From positions 18,478,001 to 18,542,000 of the forward strand of contig NC_086097.1 of assembly GCF_963921235.1 (NCBI RefSeq): a DNA stretch of 64,000 nt. Direction: 5' to 3'. This document shows positions 62,200 to 64,000 of this stretch, in pieces. Below the pieces are notes generated by a model, which did no database searches, was not told where the DNA came from, and saw only the letters and a program-made list of their open reading frames with translations. The position numbers were made by a program, and so were the translations under genes. The stretch comes from Mobula hypostoma (lineage: Eukaryota). Position 1 is the stretch's first letter; each line of letters begins with the position of its first letter.

Positions 62200-64000
62200 A
62201 CTCCTATGCTAAAATGTAGCTAACTGTGTCTTAAGTGTACTTGATATGATAGCTTCCAATAATTCCTTAGGCAGCAAACTCCATAGTTCCACTACACTCT
62301 GGGAAAAGCACTTTCTCCGCATCTGCATTCTAAACCTATTCCCCTTAATCTTAAGACTCTGTTTTCCAGTTCTAGTCTCACCTACAACTGGAAACAACTT
62401 TCCTGCCTCTATCTATCCTTTTCATAATTTTATGCAGTATGTTTCTGCAGAATATCCTTTCATTCTTCTGAATTCCGGTGAGTATAGTCCCAGGCGACCT
62501 AATCTCTCCTCATAGGCTAACCCCCTCGTCACCGGAATCAACCTGGTGAAGCTCCTGTGCACCACCCCCAAAGCTAGTATGTCTTTACTCAAGTAAGGAG
62601 ACCAGAGCTTCATGGAGCACTTCAGATAACTGCGTGCAGTACTCCAGGTGGAAACCTCTTTCCCTGTGACTGGCCCTTTAAATCACGTGGCTACAATGAA
62701 CAAAATGTTCTGGTACTTGGCAGGTCAGGCAGCATCTATAGAGAGGAACAAACAATCGATACTTCGATCCAAAACCTGTCATCAGACTCAGCCTAAAATA
62801 CTGGTCTTGGCCTGAAATGTTGACTATTCATTCCTCTCTACTTGACCTGATGAGTTCCTCCAGCATTTTGAGACCATAAAACCATAAGACATAGGAGTAG
62901 AATTAGGCCATTTGGCCCATTGAGTCTGTTCTGCCATTCAATCATGGCTGATCCTGTTTCTTCCCTCCTCAGCCCCACTCCCAGCCTTTTCCCTGTAACC
63001 TTTAGCCTTGTCCAATCGAGAACCTATCAGTTTTTGCCTCAAATATACCCAACGATCTGGCCTCCACAACTGCCAGTGAAAATAAATTCCACAATTCACC
63101 ACCTACTGGCAAAAGAAATTTCTCCACATTTCTGTTTTAAATGGACACTCCTCTGTTCTGAGGCTGTGCCCTCTTGTCCTGGACTCCTCTACCATGGGAA
63201 GCATCCTTTCCACATCTACTCTGTCATTCGAAAGGTTTCAATGAGATCCCCCCTCATCCTTCTAAATTTCCGTGAGTACAGACCCAGAATTATCAAACGT
63301 TCCTCGTATGATAACCCTTTCGTTCCCAGAATCATCCTCATCCTTGTGAACCTCCTATGAACCCTCTCCAATGCCAACACATCTTTTCTTAGATGAGGAG
63401 CCCAAAACTGTTCACAATACTCAAGGTGAGGCCTCACAAGTGCTTTATAAAGCCTCAGCATCACATCCCTGCCCTTATATTCTAGACTCCATGAAATGAG
63501 TGCAAACATTGCATTTGCCTTCCTCACCATTGACTCTACCTGCAATTAACCTTTAGGCTGCTCTGCACAAGGACTCCCAAATCCCCTTGCATCTCAGGTT
63601 TTAGGATTTTCTCCCCCTTTAGAAAGTAGTCTGCATATTTATCTCTTCATCCTTTGATTTCATAACCATGTATTTTCCAACATTGTATTTCATTTGCCAC
63701 TTTCTTGCCCAAGCTCTGCCCCAGAAGGCTGTGAAGGCCAAGTCTCTGGATGCTTTCAAGAAAGAGATGGATAGAGCTCTTAAAGATAGCGGAATCAAAG
63801 GTTATGGGGATAAGGCAGGAACTGGATACTGATTGTGGATGATCAGCCATGATCACAGTGAATGGCGGTGCTGGCTCAAAGGGCTGAATGGCCTACTCCT
63901 GCACCTATTGTCTATTGTCTATAAGCTCCTGATCTGTCTAAGTCCTTCTGTATCCTACCTGTTTCCTCAACACTACCTGCCCCTCCACCAATCTTCATAT
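62200..64000 (-). mobile_element. CR1 fragments (minus) with a PLE fold-back (62700-62870) and a nested plus-strand CR1 tail (~63713-63922)
   Basis: ORFs 62422-62613 and 63216-63545 (RPHLEYCEQFWAP). Confidence 0.88.

Overview
Vertebrate, almost certainly cartilaginous-fish (probably ray-like; inferred from repeat content) intergenic or intronic DNA. No host protein-coding exon could be supported. Most of the window is nested transposable elements: many CR1 LINE fragments (one with an uninterrupted 810-aa ORF2 at 28489-30921), Rex1/Babar-type LINE 3' ends, Penelope-like elements (PLEs, GIY-YIG endonuclease), an RTE LINE, tRNA/V-domain and RTE-tailed SINEs, at least three solo LTRs, and hAT and Tc1 non-autonomous DNA transposons. 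The most notable hidden structures are self-cleaving ribozyme folds. One is an HDV-like fold at the 5' end of a CpG-rich, bipartite RTE-derived element (26985-27170, minus). The other is a minimal hammerhead repeated in the PLE termini, which recur as tail-out fold-back pairs. A few repeat-poor islands look like candidate enhancers. Most repeat boundaries are approximate and family names come from motif recognition, not database searches.
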